A DNA stretch of 62,272 nt, filler included, from Isurus oxyrinchus (taxonomy: Eukaryota), in the NCBI GenBank assembly GCA_026770705.1. It is 2 parts of one record of this genome, joined end to end, with 100 filler letters (N's around TTAATTAATTAA, not from the genome) between each part and the next. Parts side by side here need not be neighbours in the genome. Positions count along the whole stretch, not along the records: positions 1 to 30,976 come from JANJGN010000163.1; 1 more part is not named here. One strand, given 5' to 3'. How positions within the stretch are numbered: position 1 is the stretch's first letter; each line of letters opens with the position of its first letter. Positions 12,601-27,600 of this stretch are shown piece after piece. Below the pieces are notes generated by a model, which saw only the letters and a list, made by a program, of their open reading frames with translations, ran no database searches and was not told where the DNA came from. The position numbers and the translations under genes are program-made.

Positions 12601-15600
12601 GTGACTGAAGGTTAGAGCTGTCTTGTCAATGAGTGACTGAAGGGTAGAGCTGTCTTGTCAATGAGTGAATGAAGGTTAGAGCTGTCTTGTCAATGAGTGA
12701 CTGAATGGTAGAGCTGTCTTGTCAATGAGTGACTGTTGTGTAGAGCTGTCTTGTCAATGATTGATTGAAGGGTAGAGCTGTCTTGTCAATCAGTGACTGA
12801 ATGGTAGAGCTGTCTTGTCAATGAGTGACTGAAGGGTAGAGCTGTTTTGTCAATCAGTGACTGAAAGGTAGAGCTGTATTGTCAATGAGTGACTGAATGG
12901 TAGAGCTGTCTTGTCAATGAGTGACTGAAGCGTAGAGCTGTCTTGTCAATGAGTGACTGAAGGGTCGAGGTGTCTTGTCAATGAGTGACTGAAGGGTAGA
13001 CCTCTCTTGTCAATGAATAACTGAAGGGTAGAGCTGTCTTGTCAATGAGTAACTGAAGGGAAGAGCTGTCCTGTCAATGAGTGACTTAAGCTAAGAGCTG
13101 TCTTGTTAATCAGTGACTGAAGGGTAGAGCTGTCTTGTCAATGAGTGACTGAATGGTAGAGCTGTCTTTTCAATGAGTGACTGAAGGGTAGAGGTGTCTT
13201 GTCAATGAGTGACTGAAGGGTAGAGCTGCCTTGTCAATGAGTGAATGAAGGTTAGAGCTGTCTTGTCATTGAGTGACTGAATGGTAGAGCTGTCTTGTCA
13301 ATGAGTGACTGTTGTGTAGAGCTGTCTTGTCAATGATTGATTGAAGGGTAGAGCTGTCTTGTCAATCAGTGACTGAATGGTGGAGCTGTCTTGTCAATCA
13401 GTGACTGAAGGGTAGAGCTGTTTTGTCAATCAGTGACTGAAGGGTAGAGCTGTATTGTCAATGAGTGACTGAATGGTAGAGCTGTCTTGTCAATGAGTGA
13501 CTGAAGGGTAGAGCTGTCTTTTCAATGAGTGACTGAAGGGTCGAGGTGTCTTGTCAATGAGTGACTGAAGGGTAGACCTCTCTTGTCAATGAATAACTGA
13601 AGGGTAGAGCTGTCTTGTCAATGAGTAACTGAAGGGTAGAGCTGTCTTGTCAATGAGTGACTGAAGGGTAGAACTTTCTTGTCAATGAGTGACTGAAGGG
13701 TAGAGCTGTCTTGTCAATGAGTAACTGAAGTGTAGAGATGTCTTGTCAATGAGTGACTGAACGGTAGAGCTGTCTTTTCAATGAGTGACTGAAGGGTAGA
13801 GCTGTCTTGTCAATCAGTGACTGAATGGTAGAGCTGTCTTGTCAATCAGTGACCGAAGGGTAGAGGTGTCTTGTCAATGAGTGACTGAAGGGTAGAGCTG
13901 TCTTGTCAATGAGTGACTGAAGGGTAGAGCTGTCTTGTCAATGAGTGACTGAAGGGTAGAGCTGTCTTGTCAGTCAGTGACTGAAGGGTAGACCTCTCTT
14001 GTCAATGAGTGACTGAAGGGTTGAGCTGCCTTGTCAATGAGTGACAGAAGGGTAGAGTTGTCTTGCCAATGAGTGACAGAAGGGTAGAGTTGTCTTGTCA
14101 ATGAGTTACTGAAGGGTAGAGCTCTCTTGTCAATGAGCGACTGAAGGGTAGAGCTGTCTTGTCAATGAGTAACTGAAGGGTAGAGCTGTCTTGTCAATGA
14201 GTAACTGAAGGGTAGAGCTGTCTTGTCAATGAGTGACTGAAGGGTAGTGCTGTCTTTTCAATGAGTTACTGAAGGGTAGATCTGTCTTGTCAATGAGTGA
14301 CTGAATGGTAGAGCTATCTTGTCAATGAGTGACTGAAGGGTAGAGCTGTCTTGTCAATGAGTGACTGAAGCATAGAGCTGTCTTGTCAATGAGTGACTGA
14401 AGGGTAGAGCTGTCTTGTCAATGAGTGACTGAAGGGTAGAGCTGTCTTGTCAATCAGTGACTGAATGGTAGAGCTGTCTTGTCAATGAGTGACTGAAGGG
14501 TAGAGCTGTCTTGTCAATGAGTAACTGAAGGGTAGAGCTGTCTTGTCAATGAGTGACTGAAGGGTAGAGCTGTCTTGTCAATGAGTAACTGAAGGGTAGA
14601 GCTGTCTTGTCAATCAGTGACTGAAGGGTAGAGCTGTCTTGTCAATGAGTGACTGAATGGTAGATGTGTCTTGTCAATGAGTGACTGAAGGGTAGAGCTG
14701 TCTTGTCAATGAGTGACTGAAGGGTAGAGCTGTCTTGTCAATGACTGAATGAAGGGTAGAGCTGTCTTGTCAATGAGTGACTGAAGGGTAGAGCTGTTTT
14801 GTCAATGAGTGACTGAAGGGTAGAGCTGTCTTGTCAATGAGTGACTGAAGGTTAGAGGAGTCTTGTCAATGAGTGACTGAAGGGTAGAGCTGTCTTGTCA
14901 ATGAGTGAATTAAGGTTAGCGCTGTCTTGTCAATGAGTGACTGAAGGGTAGAGCTGTGTTGTCAATCAGTGACTGAATGGTAGATGTGTCTTGCCAATGA
15001 GTGACTGAAGGGTTGAGCTGTCTTGTCAATGAGTGACCGAAGGGTAGAGATGTCTTGTCAGTGAGTAACCGAAGGGTAGAGCTGTCTTGTCAATGAGTAA
15101 CTGAAGGGTAGAGCTGTCTTGTCAATGAGTGACTGAAGGGTAGAGCTGTCTTGTCAATGAGTGACTGAAGGGTAGATCTGTCTTGTCAATGAGTGACTGA
15201 AGGGTAGAGGTGTCTTGTCAATGAGTGACTGAAGGGTAGAGCTGTCTTGTCAATGAGTGAATGAAGGTTAGAGCTGTCTAGTCAATGATTGACTGAAGGG
15301 TAGAGCTGTCTTGTCAATGAGTGAATGAAGGTTAGAGCTGACTTGTCAATGATTGACTGAAGGGTAGAGCTGTCTTGTCAATGAGTGACTGAAGGGTAGA
15401 GCTGTCTTGTCAATCAGTGACTGAAGGGTAAAGCTGTCTTGTCAATGAGTGACTGAAGGGTAGAGCCGTCTTGTCAATGAATAACTGAAGGGTAGAGCTG
15501 TCTTTTCAATCAGTGACTGAAGGGTAGTGCAGTGTTGTCAATGAGTAACTGAAGGGTAGACCTGTCTTATGAATGAGTGACTGAAGGGTAGTGCAGTGTT

Positions 15601-18600
15601 GTCAATGAGTAACTGAAGGGTAGAGCTGTCTTGTCAATGAGTGACTGAAGGGTAGAGCTGTCTTGTCAATGAGTAACTGAAGGGTAGAGCTGTCTTGTCA
15701 ATCAGTGACTGAAGGGTAGAGCTGTCTTGTCAATGAGTAACTGAAGGGTAGAGCTGTCTTGTCAATGAGTGACTGAAGGGTAGAGCTGTCTTGTCAAAGA
15801 GCAACTGAAGAGTAAAGCTGTCTTGTCAATGAGTGAATGAAGGGTAGAGCTGTCTTGTCAATGAGTGATTGAAGTGTAGAGCTGTCTTGTCAATGAGTGA
15901 CTGAAGGGTAGAGCTGTCTTGTCAATGAGTGACTGAAGGGTAGAGCTGTCTTTTCAATGAGTGACGGAAGGGTAGAGCTGTCTTGTCAATGAGTAACTGA
16001 AGGGTAGAGCTGTCTTGTCAATGAGTGACTGAAGGGTAGAGCTGTCTTGTCAATGAGTAACTGAAGGGTAGAGCTGTCTTGTCAATCAGTGACTGAAGGG
16101 TAGAGCTGTCTTGTCAATGAGTGACTGAATGGTAGAGCTGTCTTGTCAATGAGTGAATGAAGGTTAGAGCTGTCTTGTCAATGATTGACTGAAGGGTAGA
16201 GCTGTCTTGTCAATGAGTGAATGAAGGTTAGAGCTGTCTTGTCAATGATTGACTGAAGGGTAGAACTGTCTTGTCAATGAGTGACTGAAGGGTAGAGCTG
16301 TCTTGTCAATCAGTGACTGAAGGGTAGAGATGTCTTGTCAGTCAGTGACTGAAGGGTAGAGCTGTCTTGTCAATGAGTGACTGAAGGGTAAAGCTGTCCT
16401 GTCAATGAGTGACTGAAAGGTAGAGCTGTCTTGTCAATGAATAACTGAAGGGTAGAGCTGTCTTTTCAATCAGTGACTGAAGGGTAGTGCAGTGTTGTCA
16501 ATGAGTAACTGAAGGGTAGAGCTGTCTTTTCAATGAGTGACTGAAGGGTAGTGCAGTGTTGTCAATGAGTAACTGAAGGGTAGAGCTGTCTTGTCAATGA
16601 GTGACTGAAGGGTAGAGCTGTCTTGTCAATGAGTAACTGAAGGGTAGAGCTGTCTTGTCAATCAGTGACTGAAGGGTAGAGCTGTCTTGTCAATGAGTAA
16701 CTGAAGGGTAGAGCTGTCTTGTCAATGAGTGACTGAAGAGTAGAGCTGTCTTGTCAAAGAGTAACTGAAGAGTAAAGCTGTCTTGTCAATGAGTGAATGA
16801 AGGGTAGAGCTGTCTTGTCAATGAGTGAATGAAGGGTAGAGCTGTCTTGTCAATGAGTGACTGAAGGGTAGAGCTGTCTTGTCAATGAGTGACTGAAGGG
16901 TAGAGCTGTGTTGTCAATCAGTGACGGAAGGGTAGAGCTGTCTTGCCAATGAGTGACTGAAGGGTTGAGCTGTCTTGTCAATGAGTGACTGAAGGGTAGA
17001 GATGTCTTGTCAGTGAGTAACCGAAGGGTAGAGCTGTCTTGTCAATGAGTAACTGAAGGGTAGAGCTGTCTTGTCAATGAGTGACTGAAGGGTAGAGCTG
17101 TCTTGTCAATGAGTGACTGAAGGGTAGAGCTGTCTTGTCAATGAGTGACTGAAGGGTAGAGGTGTCTTGTCAATGAGTGACTGAAGGGTAGAGCTGTCTT
17201 GTCAATGAGTGAATGAAGGTTAGAGCTGTCTTGTCAATGATTGACTGAAGGGTAAATGTCTTGTCAATGAGTGAATGAAGGTTAGAGCTGTCTTGTCAAT
17301 GATTGACTGAAGGGTAGAGCTGTCTTGTCAATGAGTGACTGAAGGGTAGAGCTGTCTTGTCAATCAGTGACTGAAGGGTAGAGATGTCTTGTCAGTCATT
17401 GACTGAAGGGTAGAGCTGTCTTGTCAATGACTGACTGAATGGTAAAGCTGTCTTGTCAATGAGTGACTGAAGGGTAGAGCTGTCTTGTCAATGAATAACT
17501 GAAGGGTAGAGCTGTCTTTTCAATCAGTGACTGAAGGGTAGTGCAGTGTTGTCAATGAGTAACTGAAGGGTAGAGCTGTCTTTTCAATGAGTGACTGAAG
17601 GGTAGTGCAGTGTTGTCAATGAGTAACTGAAGGGTAGAGCTGTCTTGTCAATGAGTGACTGAAGGGTAGAGCTGTCTTGTCAATGAGTAACGGAAGGGTA
17701 GAGCTGTCTTCTCAATCAGTGACTGAAGGGTAGAGCTGTCTTGTCAATGAGTAACTGAAGGGTAGAGCTGTCTTGTCAATGCATGACTGAAGGGTAGAGC
17801 TGTCTTGTCAAAGAGCAACTGAAGAGTAAAGCTGTCTTGTCAATGAGTGACTGAAGGGTAGAGCTGTATTGTCAATGAGTAACTGAAGGGTAGAGCTGTC
17901 TTGTCAATGAGTGACTGAAGGGTAGAGCTGTCTTGTCAATGAGTAACTGAAGGGTAGAGCTGTCTTGTCAATGAGTGACTGAAGGGTAGAGCTGTCTTGT
18001 CAATGAGTAACTGAAGGGTAGAGCTGTCTTGTCAATGAGTGACTGAAGGGTAGAGCTGTCTTGTCAAAGAGTAACTGAAGAGTAAAGCTGTCTTGTCAAT
18101 GAGTGAATGAAGTGTAGAGCTGTCTTGTCAATGAGTGATTTGAAGTGTAGAGCTGTCTTGTCAATGAGTGACTGAAGGGTAGAGCTGTCTTGTCAATGAG
18201 TGACTGAAGGGTAGAGCTGTCTTTTCAATGAGTGACGGAAGGGTAGAGCTGTCTTGTCAATGAGTGACTGAAGGGTAGAGATGTCTTGTCAATGAGTGAC
18301 TGAAGGTTAGAGCTGTCTTGTCAATGAGTGACTGAAGGGTAGAGCTGTCCTGTCAATGAGTGACTTAAGGTAAGAGCTGTATTGTTAATCAGTGACTGAA
18401 GGGTAGAGCTGTCTTGTCAATGAGTGACTGAATGGTAGAGCTGTCTTTTCAATGAGTGACTGAAGGGTAGAGGTGTCTTGTCAATGAGTGAATAAAGGTT
18501 AGAGCTGTCTTGTCAATGATTGACTGAAGGGTAGAGCTGTCTTGTCAATGACTGAATGAAGGTTAGAGCTGTCTTGTCAATGATTGACTGAAGGGTAGAG

Positions 18601-21600
18601 CTGTCTTGTCAATGAGTGACTGAAGGGTAGAGCTGTCTTGTCAATCAGTGACTGAAGGGTAGAGATGTCTTGTCAGTCAGTGACTGAAGGGTAGAGCTGT
18701 CTTGTCAATGAGTGATTGAAGGGTAAAGCTGTCTTGTCAATGAGTGACTGAAGGGTAGAGCTGTCTTGTCAATGAATAACTGAAGGGTAGAGCTGTCTTT
18801 TCAATCAGTGACTGAAGGGTAGTGCAGTGTTGTCAATGAGTAACTGAAGGGTAGAGCTGTCTTTTCAATGAGTGACTGAAGGGTAGTGCAGTGTTGTCAA
18901 TGAGTAACTGAAGGGTAGAGCTGTCTTGTCAATGAGTGACTGAAGGGTAGAGCTGTCTTGTCAATGAGTAACTGAAGGGTAGAGCTGTCTTGTCAATGAG
19001 TGACTGAAGGGTAGAGCTGTCTTGTCAATGAGTAACTGAAGGGTAGAGCTGTCTTGTCAATGAGTGACTGAAGGGTAGAGCTGTCTTGTCAAAGAGTAAC
19101 TGAAGAGTAAAGCTGTCTTGTCAATGAGTGAATGAAGGGTAGAGCTGTCTTGTCAATGAGTGATTGAAGTGTAGAGCTGTCTTGTCAATGAGTGACTGAA
19201 GGGTAGAGCTGTCTTGTCAATGAGTGACTGAAGGGTAGAGCTGTCTTTTCAATGAGTGACGGAAGGGTAGAGCTGTCTTGTCAATGAGTGACTGAAGGGT
19301 AGATCTGTCTTGTCAATGAGTGACTGAAGGTTAGAGCTGTCTTGTCAATGAGTGACTGAAGGGTAGAGCTGTCTTGTCAATGAGTGAATGAAGGTTAGAG
19401 CTGTCTTGTCAATGAGTGACTGAATGGTAGAGCTGTCTTGTCAATGAGTGACTGTTGTGTAGAGCTGTCTTGTCAATGATTGATTGAAGGGTAGAGCTGT
19501 CTTGTCAATCAGTGACTGAATGGTAGAGCTGTCTTGTCAATGAGTGACTGAAGGGTAGAGCTGTTTTGTCAATCAGTGACTGAAAGGTAGAGCTGTATTG
19601 TCAATGAGTGACTGAATGGTAGAGCTGTCTTGTCAATGAGTGACTGAAGCGTAGAGCTGTCTTGTCAATGAGTGACTGAAGGGTCGAGGTGTCTTGTCAA
19701 TGAGTGACTGAAGGGTAGACCTCTCTTGTCAATGAATAACTGAAGGGTAGAGCTGTCTTGTCAATGAGTAACTGAAGGGAAGAGCTGTCCTGTCAATGAG
19801 TGACTTAAGCTAAGAGCTGTCTTGTTAATCAGTGACTGAAGGGTAGAGCTGTCTTGTCAATGAGTGACTGAATGGTAGAGCTGTCTTTTCAATGAGTGAC
19901 TGAAGGGTAGAGGTGTCTTGTCAATGATTGACTGAAGGGTAGAGCTGCCTTGTCAATGAGTGAATGAAGGTTAGAGCTGTCTTGTCATTGAGTGACTGAA
20001 TGGTAGAGCTGTCTTGTCAATGAGTGACTGTTGTGTAGAGCTGTCTTGTCAATGATTGATTGAAGGGTAGAGCTGTCTTGTCAATCAGTGACTGAATGGT
20101 GGAGCTGTCTTGTCAATCAGTGACTGAAGGGTAGAGCTGTTTTGTCAATCAGTGACTGAAGGGTAGAGCTGTATTGTCAATGAGTGACTGAATGGTAGAG
20201 CTGTCTTGTCAATGAGTGACTGAAGGGTAGAGCTGTCTTTTCAATGAGTGACTGAAGGGTCGAGGTGTCTTGTCAATGAGTGACTGAAGGGTAGACCTCT
20301 CTTGTCAATGAATAACTGAAGGGTAGAGCTGTCTTGTCAATGAGTAACTGAAGGGTAGAGCTGTCTTGTCAATGAGTGACTGAAGGGTAGAACTTTCTTG
20401 TCAATGAGTGACTGAAGGGTAGAGCTGTCTTGTCAATGAGTAACTGAAGTGTAGAGATGTCTTGTCAATGAGTGACTGAACGGTAGAGCTGTCTTTTCAA
20501 TGAGTGACTGAAGGGTAGAGCTGTCTTGTCAATCAGTGACTGAATGGTAGAGCTGTCTTGTCAATCAGTGACCGAAGGGTAGAGGTGTCTTGTCAATGAG
20601 TGACTGAAGGGTAGAGCTGTCTTGTCAATGAGTGACTGAAGGGTAGAGCTGTCTTGTCAATGAGTGACTGAAGGGTAGAGCTGTCTTGTCAGTCAGTGAC
20701 TGAAGGGTAGACCTCTCTTGTCAATGAGTGACTGAAGGGTTGAGCTGCCTTGTCAATGAGTGACAGAAGGGTAGAGTTGTCTTGCCAATGAGTGACAGAA
20801 GGGTAGAGTTGTCTTGTCAATGAGTTACTGAAGGGTAGAGCTCTCTTGTCAATGAGCGACTGAAGGGTAGAGCTGTCTTGTCAATGAGTAACTGAAGGGT
20901 AGAGCTGTCTTGTCAATGAGTAACTGAAGGGTAGAGCTGTCTTGTCAATGAGTGACTGAAGGGTAGTGCTGTCTTTTCAATGAGTTACTGAAGGGTAGAT
21001 CTGTCTTGTCAATGAGTGACTGAATGGTAGAGCTATCTTGTCAATGAGTGACTGAAGGGTAGAGCTGTCTTGTCAATGAGTGACTGAAGCATAGAGCTGT
21101 CTTGTCAATGAGTGACTGAAGGGTAGAGCTGTCTTGTCAATGAGTGACTGAAGGGTAGAGCTGTCTTGTCAATCAGTGACTGAATGGTAGAGCTGTCTTG
21201 TCAATGAGTGACTGAAGGGTAGAGCTGTCTTGTCAATGAGTAACTGAAGGGTAGAGCTGTCTTGTCAATGAGTGACTGAAGGGTAGAGCTGTCTTGTCAA
21301 TGAGTAACTGAAGGGTAGAGCTGTCTTGTCAATCAGTGACTGAAGGGTAGAGCTGTCTTGTCAATGAGTGACTGAATGGTAGATGTGTCTTGTCAATGAG
21401 TGACTGAAGGGTAGAGCTGTCTTGTCAATGAGTGACTGAAGGGTAGAGCTGTCTTGTCAATGACTGAATGAAGGGTAGAGCTGTCTTGTCAATGAGTGAC
21501 TGAAGGGTAGAGCTGTTTTGTCAATGAGTGACTGAAGGGTAGAGCTGTCTTGTCAATGAGTGACTGAAGGTTAGAGGAGTCTTGTCAATGAGTGACTGAA

Positions 21601-24600
21601 GGGTAGAGCTGTCTTGTCAATGAGTGAATTAAGGTTAGCGCTGTCTTGTCAATGAGTGACTGAAGGGTAGAGCTGTGTTGTCAATCAGTGACTGAATGGT
21701 AGATGTGTCTTGCCAATGAGTGACTGAAGGGTTGAGCTGTCTTGTCAATGAGTGACCGAAGGGTAGAGATGTCTTGTCAGTGAGTAACCGAAGGGTAGAG
21801 CTGTCTTGTCAATGAGTAACTGAAGGGTAGAGCTGTCTTGTCAATGAGTGACTGAAGGGTAGAGCTGTCTTGTCAATGAGTGACTGAAGGGTAGATCTGT
21901 CTTGTCAATGAGTGACTGAAGGGTAGAGGTGTCTTGTCAATGAGTGACTGAAGGGTAGAGCTGTCTTGTCAATGAGTGAATGAAGGTTAGAGCTGTCTAG
22001 TCAATGATTGACTGAAGGGTAGAGCTGTCTTGTCAATGAGTGAATGAAGGTTAGAGCTGACTTGTCAATGATTGACTGAAGGGTAGAGCTGTCTTGTCAA
22101 TGAGTGACTGAAGGGTAGAGCTGTCTTGTCAATCAGTGACTGAAGGGTAAAGCTGTCTTGTCAATGAGTGACTGAAGGGTAGAGCCGTCTTGTCAATGAA
22201 TAACTGAAGGGTAGAGCTGTCTTTTCAATCAGTGACTGAAGGGTAGTGCAGTGTTGTCAATGAGTAACTGAAGGGTAGACCTGTCTTATGAATGAGTGAC
22301 TGAAGGGTAGTGCAGTGTTGTCAATGAGTAACTGAAGGGTAGAGCTGTCTTGTCAATGAGTGACTGAAGGGTAGAGCTGTCTTGTCAATGAGTAACTGAA
22401 GGGTAGAGCTGTCTTGTCAATCAGTGACTGAAGGGTAGAGCTGTCTTGTCAATGAGTAACTGAAGGGTAGAGCTGTCTTGTCAATGAGTGACTGAAGGGT
22501 AGAGCTGTCTTGTCAAAGAGCAACTGAAGAGTAAAGCTGTCTTGTCAATGAGTGAATGAAGGGTAGAGCTGTCTTGTCAATGAGTGATTGAAGTGTAGAG
22601 CTGTCTTGTCAATGAGTGACTGAAGGGTAGAGCTGTCTTGTCAATGAGTGACTGAAGGGTAGAGCTGTCTTTTCAATGAGTGACGGAAGGGTAGAGCTGT
22701 CTTGTCAATGAGTAACTGAAGGGTAGAGCTGTCTTGTCAATGAGTGACTGAAGGGTAGAGCTGTCTTGTCAATGAGTAACTGAAGGGTAGAGCTGTCTTG
22801 TCAATCAGTGACTGAAGGGTAGAGCTGTCTTGTCAATGAGTGACTGAATGGTAGAGCTGTCTTGTCAATGAGTGAATGAAGGTTAGAGCTGTCTTGTCAA
22901 TGATTGACTGAAGGGTAGAGCTGTCTTGTCAATGAGTGAATGAAGGTTAGAGCTGTCTTGTCAATGATTGACTGAAGGGTAGAACTGTCTTGTCAATGAG
23001 TGACTGAAGGGTAGAGCTGTCTTGTCAATCAGTGACTGAAGGGTAGAGATGTCTTGTCAGTCAGTGACTGAAGGGTAGAGCTGTCTTGTCAATGAGTGAC
23101 TGAAGGGTAAAGCTGTCCTGTCAATGAGTGACTGAAAGGTAGAGCTGTCTTGTCAATGAATAACTGAAGGGTAGAGCTGTCTTTTCAATCAGTGACTGAA
23201 GGGTAGTGCAGTGTTGTCAATGAGTAACTGAAGGGTAGAGCTGTCTTTTCAATGAGTGACTGAAGGGTAGTGCAGTGTTGTCAATGAGTAACTGAAGGGT
23301 AGAGCTGTCTTGTCAATGAGTGACTGAAGGGTAGAGCTGTCTTGTCAATGAGTAACTGAAGGGTAGAGCTGTCTTGTCAATCAGTGACTGAAGGGTAGAG
23401 CTGTCTTGTCAATGAGTAACTGAAGGGTAGAGCTGTCTTGTCAATGAGTGACTGAAGAGTAGAGCTGTCTTGTCAAAGAGTAACTGAAGAGTAAAGCTGT
23501 CTTGTCAATGAGTGAATGAAGGGTAGAGCTGTCTTGTCAATGAGTGATTGAAGTGTAGAGCTGTCTTGTCAATGAGTGACTGAAGGGTAGAGCTGTCTTG
23601 TCAATGAGTGACTGAAGGGTAGAGCTGTGTTGTCAATCAGTGACGGAAGGGTAGAGCTGTCTTGCCAATGAGTGACTGAAGGGTTGAGCTGTCTTGTCAA
23701 TGAGTGACTGAAGGGTAGAGATGTCTTGTCAGTGAGTAACCGAAGGGTAGAGCTGTCTTGTCAATGAGTAACTGAAGGGTAGAGCTGTCTTGTCAATGAG
23801 TGACTGAAGGGTAGAGCTGTCTTGTCAATGAGTGACTGAAGGGTAGAGCTGTCTTGTCAATGAGTGACTGAAGGGTAGAGGTGTCTTGTCAATGAGTGAC
23901 TGAAGGGTAGAGCTGTCTTGTCAATGAGTGAATGAAGGTTAGAGCTGTCTTGTCAATGATTGACTGAAGGGTAAATGTCTTGTCAATGAGTGAATGAAGG
24001 TTAGAGCTGTCTTGTCAATGATTGACTGAAGGGTAGAGCTGTCTTGTCAATGAGTGACTGAAGGGTAGAGCTGTCTTGTCAATCAGTGACTGAAGGGTAG
24101 AGATGTCTTGTCAGTCATTGACTGAAGGGTAGAGCTGTCTTGTCAATGACTGACTGAATGGTAAAGCTGTCTTGTCAATGAGTGACTGAAGGGTAGAGCT
24201 GTCTTGTCAATGAATAACTGAAGGGTAGAGCTGTCTTTTCAATCAGTGACTGAAGGGTAGTGCAGTGTTGTCAATGAGTAACTGAAGGGTAGAGCTGTCT
24301 TTTCAATGAGTGACTGAAGGGTAGTGCAGTGTTGTCAATGAGTAACTGAAGGGTAGAGCTGTCTTGTCAATGAGTGACTGAAGGGTAGAGCTGTCTTGTC
24401 AATGAGTAACGGAAGGGTAGAGCTGTCTTCTCAATCAGTGACTGAAGGGTAGAGCTGTCTTGTCAATGAGTAACTGAAGGGTAGAGCTGTCTTGTCAATG
24501 CATGACTGAAGGGTAGAGCTGTCTTGTCAAAGAGCAACTGAAGAGTAAAGCTGTCTTGTCAATGAGTGACTGAAGGGTAGAGCTGTATTGTCAATGAGTA

Positions 24601-27600
24601 ACTGAAGGGTAGAGCTGTCTTGTCAATGAGTGACTGAAGGGTAGAGCTGTCTTGTCAATGAGTAATTGAAGGGTAGAGCTGTATTGTCAATCAGTGACTG
24701 AAGGGTAGAGCTGTCTTGTCAATGAGTAACTGAAGGGTAGAGCTGTCTTGTCAATGCATGACTGAAGGGTAGAGCTGTCTTGTCAAAGAGCAACTGAAGA
24801 GTAAAGCTGTCTTGTCAATGAGTGAATGAAGGGTAGAGCTGTCTTGTCAATGAGTGAGTGAAGTGTAGAGCTGTCTTGTCAATGAGTAACTGAAGGGTAG
24901 AGCTGTCTTGTCAATGATTGACTGAAGGGTAGAGCTGTCTTGTCAATGAGTGAATGAAGGTTAGAGCTGCCTTGTCAATGATTGACTGAAGGGTAGAGCT
25001 GTCTTGTCAATGAGTGACTGAAGGGTAGAGCTGTCTTGTCAATCAGTGACTGAAGGGTAGAGATGTCTTGTCAGTCAGTGACTGAAGGGTAGAGCTGTCT
25101 TGTCAATGAGTGACTGAAGGGTAAAGCTGTCTTGTCAATGAGTGACTGAAGGGTAGAGCTGTCTTGTCAATGAATAACTCAAGGGTAGAGCTGTCTTTTC
25201 AATCAGTGACTGAAGGGTAGTGCAGTGTTGTCAATGAGTAACTGAAGGGTAGAGCTGTCTTTTCAATGAGTGACTGAAGGGTAGTGCAGTGTTGTCAATG
25301 AGTAACTGAAGGGTAGAGCTGTCTTGTCAATGAGTGACTGAAGGGTAGAGCTGTCTTGTCAATGAGTAACTGAAGGGTAGAGCTGTCTTGTCAATGAGTG
25401 ACTGAAGGGTAGAGCTGTCTTGTCAATGAGTAACTGAAGGGTAGAGCTGTCTTGTCAATCAGTGACTGAAGGGTAGAGCTGTCTTGTCAAAGAGTAACTG
25501 AAGAGTAAAGCTGTCTTGTCAATGAGTGAATGAAGTGTAGAGCTGTCTTGTCAATGAGTGATTGAAGTGTAGAGCTGTCTTGTCAATGAGTGACTGAAGG
25601 GTAGAGCTGTCTTGTCAATGAGTGACTGAAGGGTAGAGCTGTCTTTTCAATGAGTGACGGAAGGGTAGAGCTGTCTTGTCAATGAGTGACTGAAGGGTAG
25701 AGATGTCTTGTCAATGAGTGACTGAAGGTTAGAGCTGTCTTGTCAATGAGTGACTGAAGGGTAGAGCTGTCCTGTCAATGAGTGACTTAAGGTAAGAGCT
25801 GTATTGTTAATCAGTGACTGAAGGGTAGAGCTGTCTTGTCAATGAGTGACTGAATGGTAGAGCTGTCTTTTCAATGAGTGACTGAAGGGTAGAGGTGTCT
25901 TGTCAATGAGTGAATGAAGGTTAGAGCTGTCTTGTCAATGATTGACTGAAGGGTAGAGCTGTCTTGTCAATGACTGAATGAAGGTTAGAGCTGTCTTGTC
26001 AATGATTGACTGAAGGGTAGAGCTGTCTTGTCAATGAGTGACTGAAGGGTAGAGCTGTCTTGTCAATCAGTGACTGAAGGGTAGAGATGTCTTGTCAGTC
26101 AGTGACTGAAGGGTAGAGCTGTCTTGTCAATGAGTGATTGAAGGGTAAAGCTGTCTTGTCAATGAGTGACTGAAGGGTAGAGCTGTCTTGTCAATGAATA
26201 ACTGAAGGGTAGAGCTGTCTTTTCAATCAGTGACTGAAGGGTAGTGCAGTGTTGTCAATGAGTAACTGAAGGGTAGAGCTGTCTTTTCAATGAGTGACTG
26301 AAGGGTAGTGCAGTGTTGTCAATGAGTAACTGAAGGGTAGAGCTGTCTTGTCAATGAGTGACTGAAGGGTAGAGCTGTCTTGTCAATGAGTAACTGAAGG
26401 GTAGAGCTGTCTTGTCAATGAGTGACTGAAGGGTAGAGCTGTCTTGTCAATGAGTAACTGAAGGGTAGAGCTGTCTTGTCAATGAGTGACTGAAGGGTAG
26501 AGCTGTCTTGTCAAAGAGTAACTGAAGAGTAAAGCTGTCTTGTCAATGAGTGAATGAAGGGTAGAGCTGTCTTGTCAACGAGTGATTGAAGTGTAGAGCT
26601 GTCTTGTCAATGAGTGACTGAAGGGTAGAGCTGTCTTGTCAATGAGTGACTGAAGGGTAGAGCTGTCTTTTCAATGAGTGACGGAAGGGTAGAGCTGTCT
26701 TGTCAATGAGTGACTGAAGGGTAGATCTGTCTTGTCAATGAGTGACTGAAGGTTAGAGCTGTCTTGTCAATGAGTGACTGAAGGGTAGAGCTGTCTTGTC
26801 AATGAGTGAATGAAGGTTAGAGCTGTCTTGTCAATGAGTGACTGAATGGTAGAGCTGTCTTGTCAATGAGTGACTGTTGTGTAGAGCTGTCTTGTCAATG
26901 ATTGATTGAAGGGTAGAGCTGTCTTGTCAATCAGTGACTGAATGGTAGAGCTGTCTTGTCAATGAGTGACTGAAGGGTAGAGCTGTTTTGTCAATCAGTG
27001 ACTGAAAGGTAGAGCTGTATTGTCAATGAGTGACTGAATGGTAGAGCTGTCTTGTCAATGAGTGACTGAAGCGTAGAGCTGTCTTGTCAATGAGTGACTG
27101 AAGGGTCGAGGTGTCTTGTCAATGAGTGACTGAAGGGTAGACCTCTCTTGTCAATGAATAACTGAAGGGTAGAGCTGTCTTGTCAATGAGTAACTGAAGG
27201 GAAGAGCTGTCCTGTCAATGAGTGACTTAAGCTAAGAGCTGTCTTGTTAATCAGTGACTGAAGGGTAGAGCTGTCTTGTCAATGAGTGACTGAATGGTAG
27301 AGCTGTCTTTTCAATGAGTGACTGAAGGGTAGAGGTGTCTTGTCAATGAGTGACTGAAGGGTAGAGCTGCCTTGTCAATGAGTGAATGAAGGTTAGAGCT
27401 GTCTTGTCATTGAGTGACTGAATGGTAGAGCTGTCTTGTCAATGAGTGACTGTTGTGTAGAGCTGTCTTGTCAATGATTGATTGAAGGGTAGAGCTGTCT
27501 TGTCAATCAGTGACTGAATGGTGGAGCTGTCTTGTCAATCAGTGACTGAAGGGTAGAGCTGTTTTGTCAATCAGTGACTGAAGGGTAGAGCTGTATTGTC

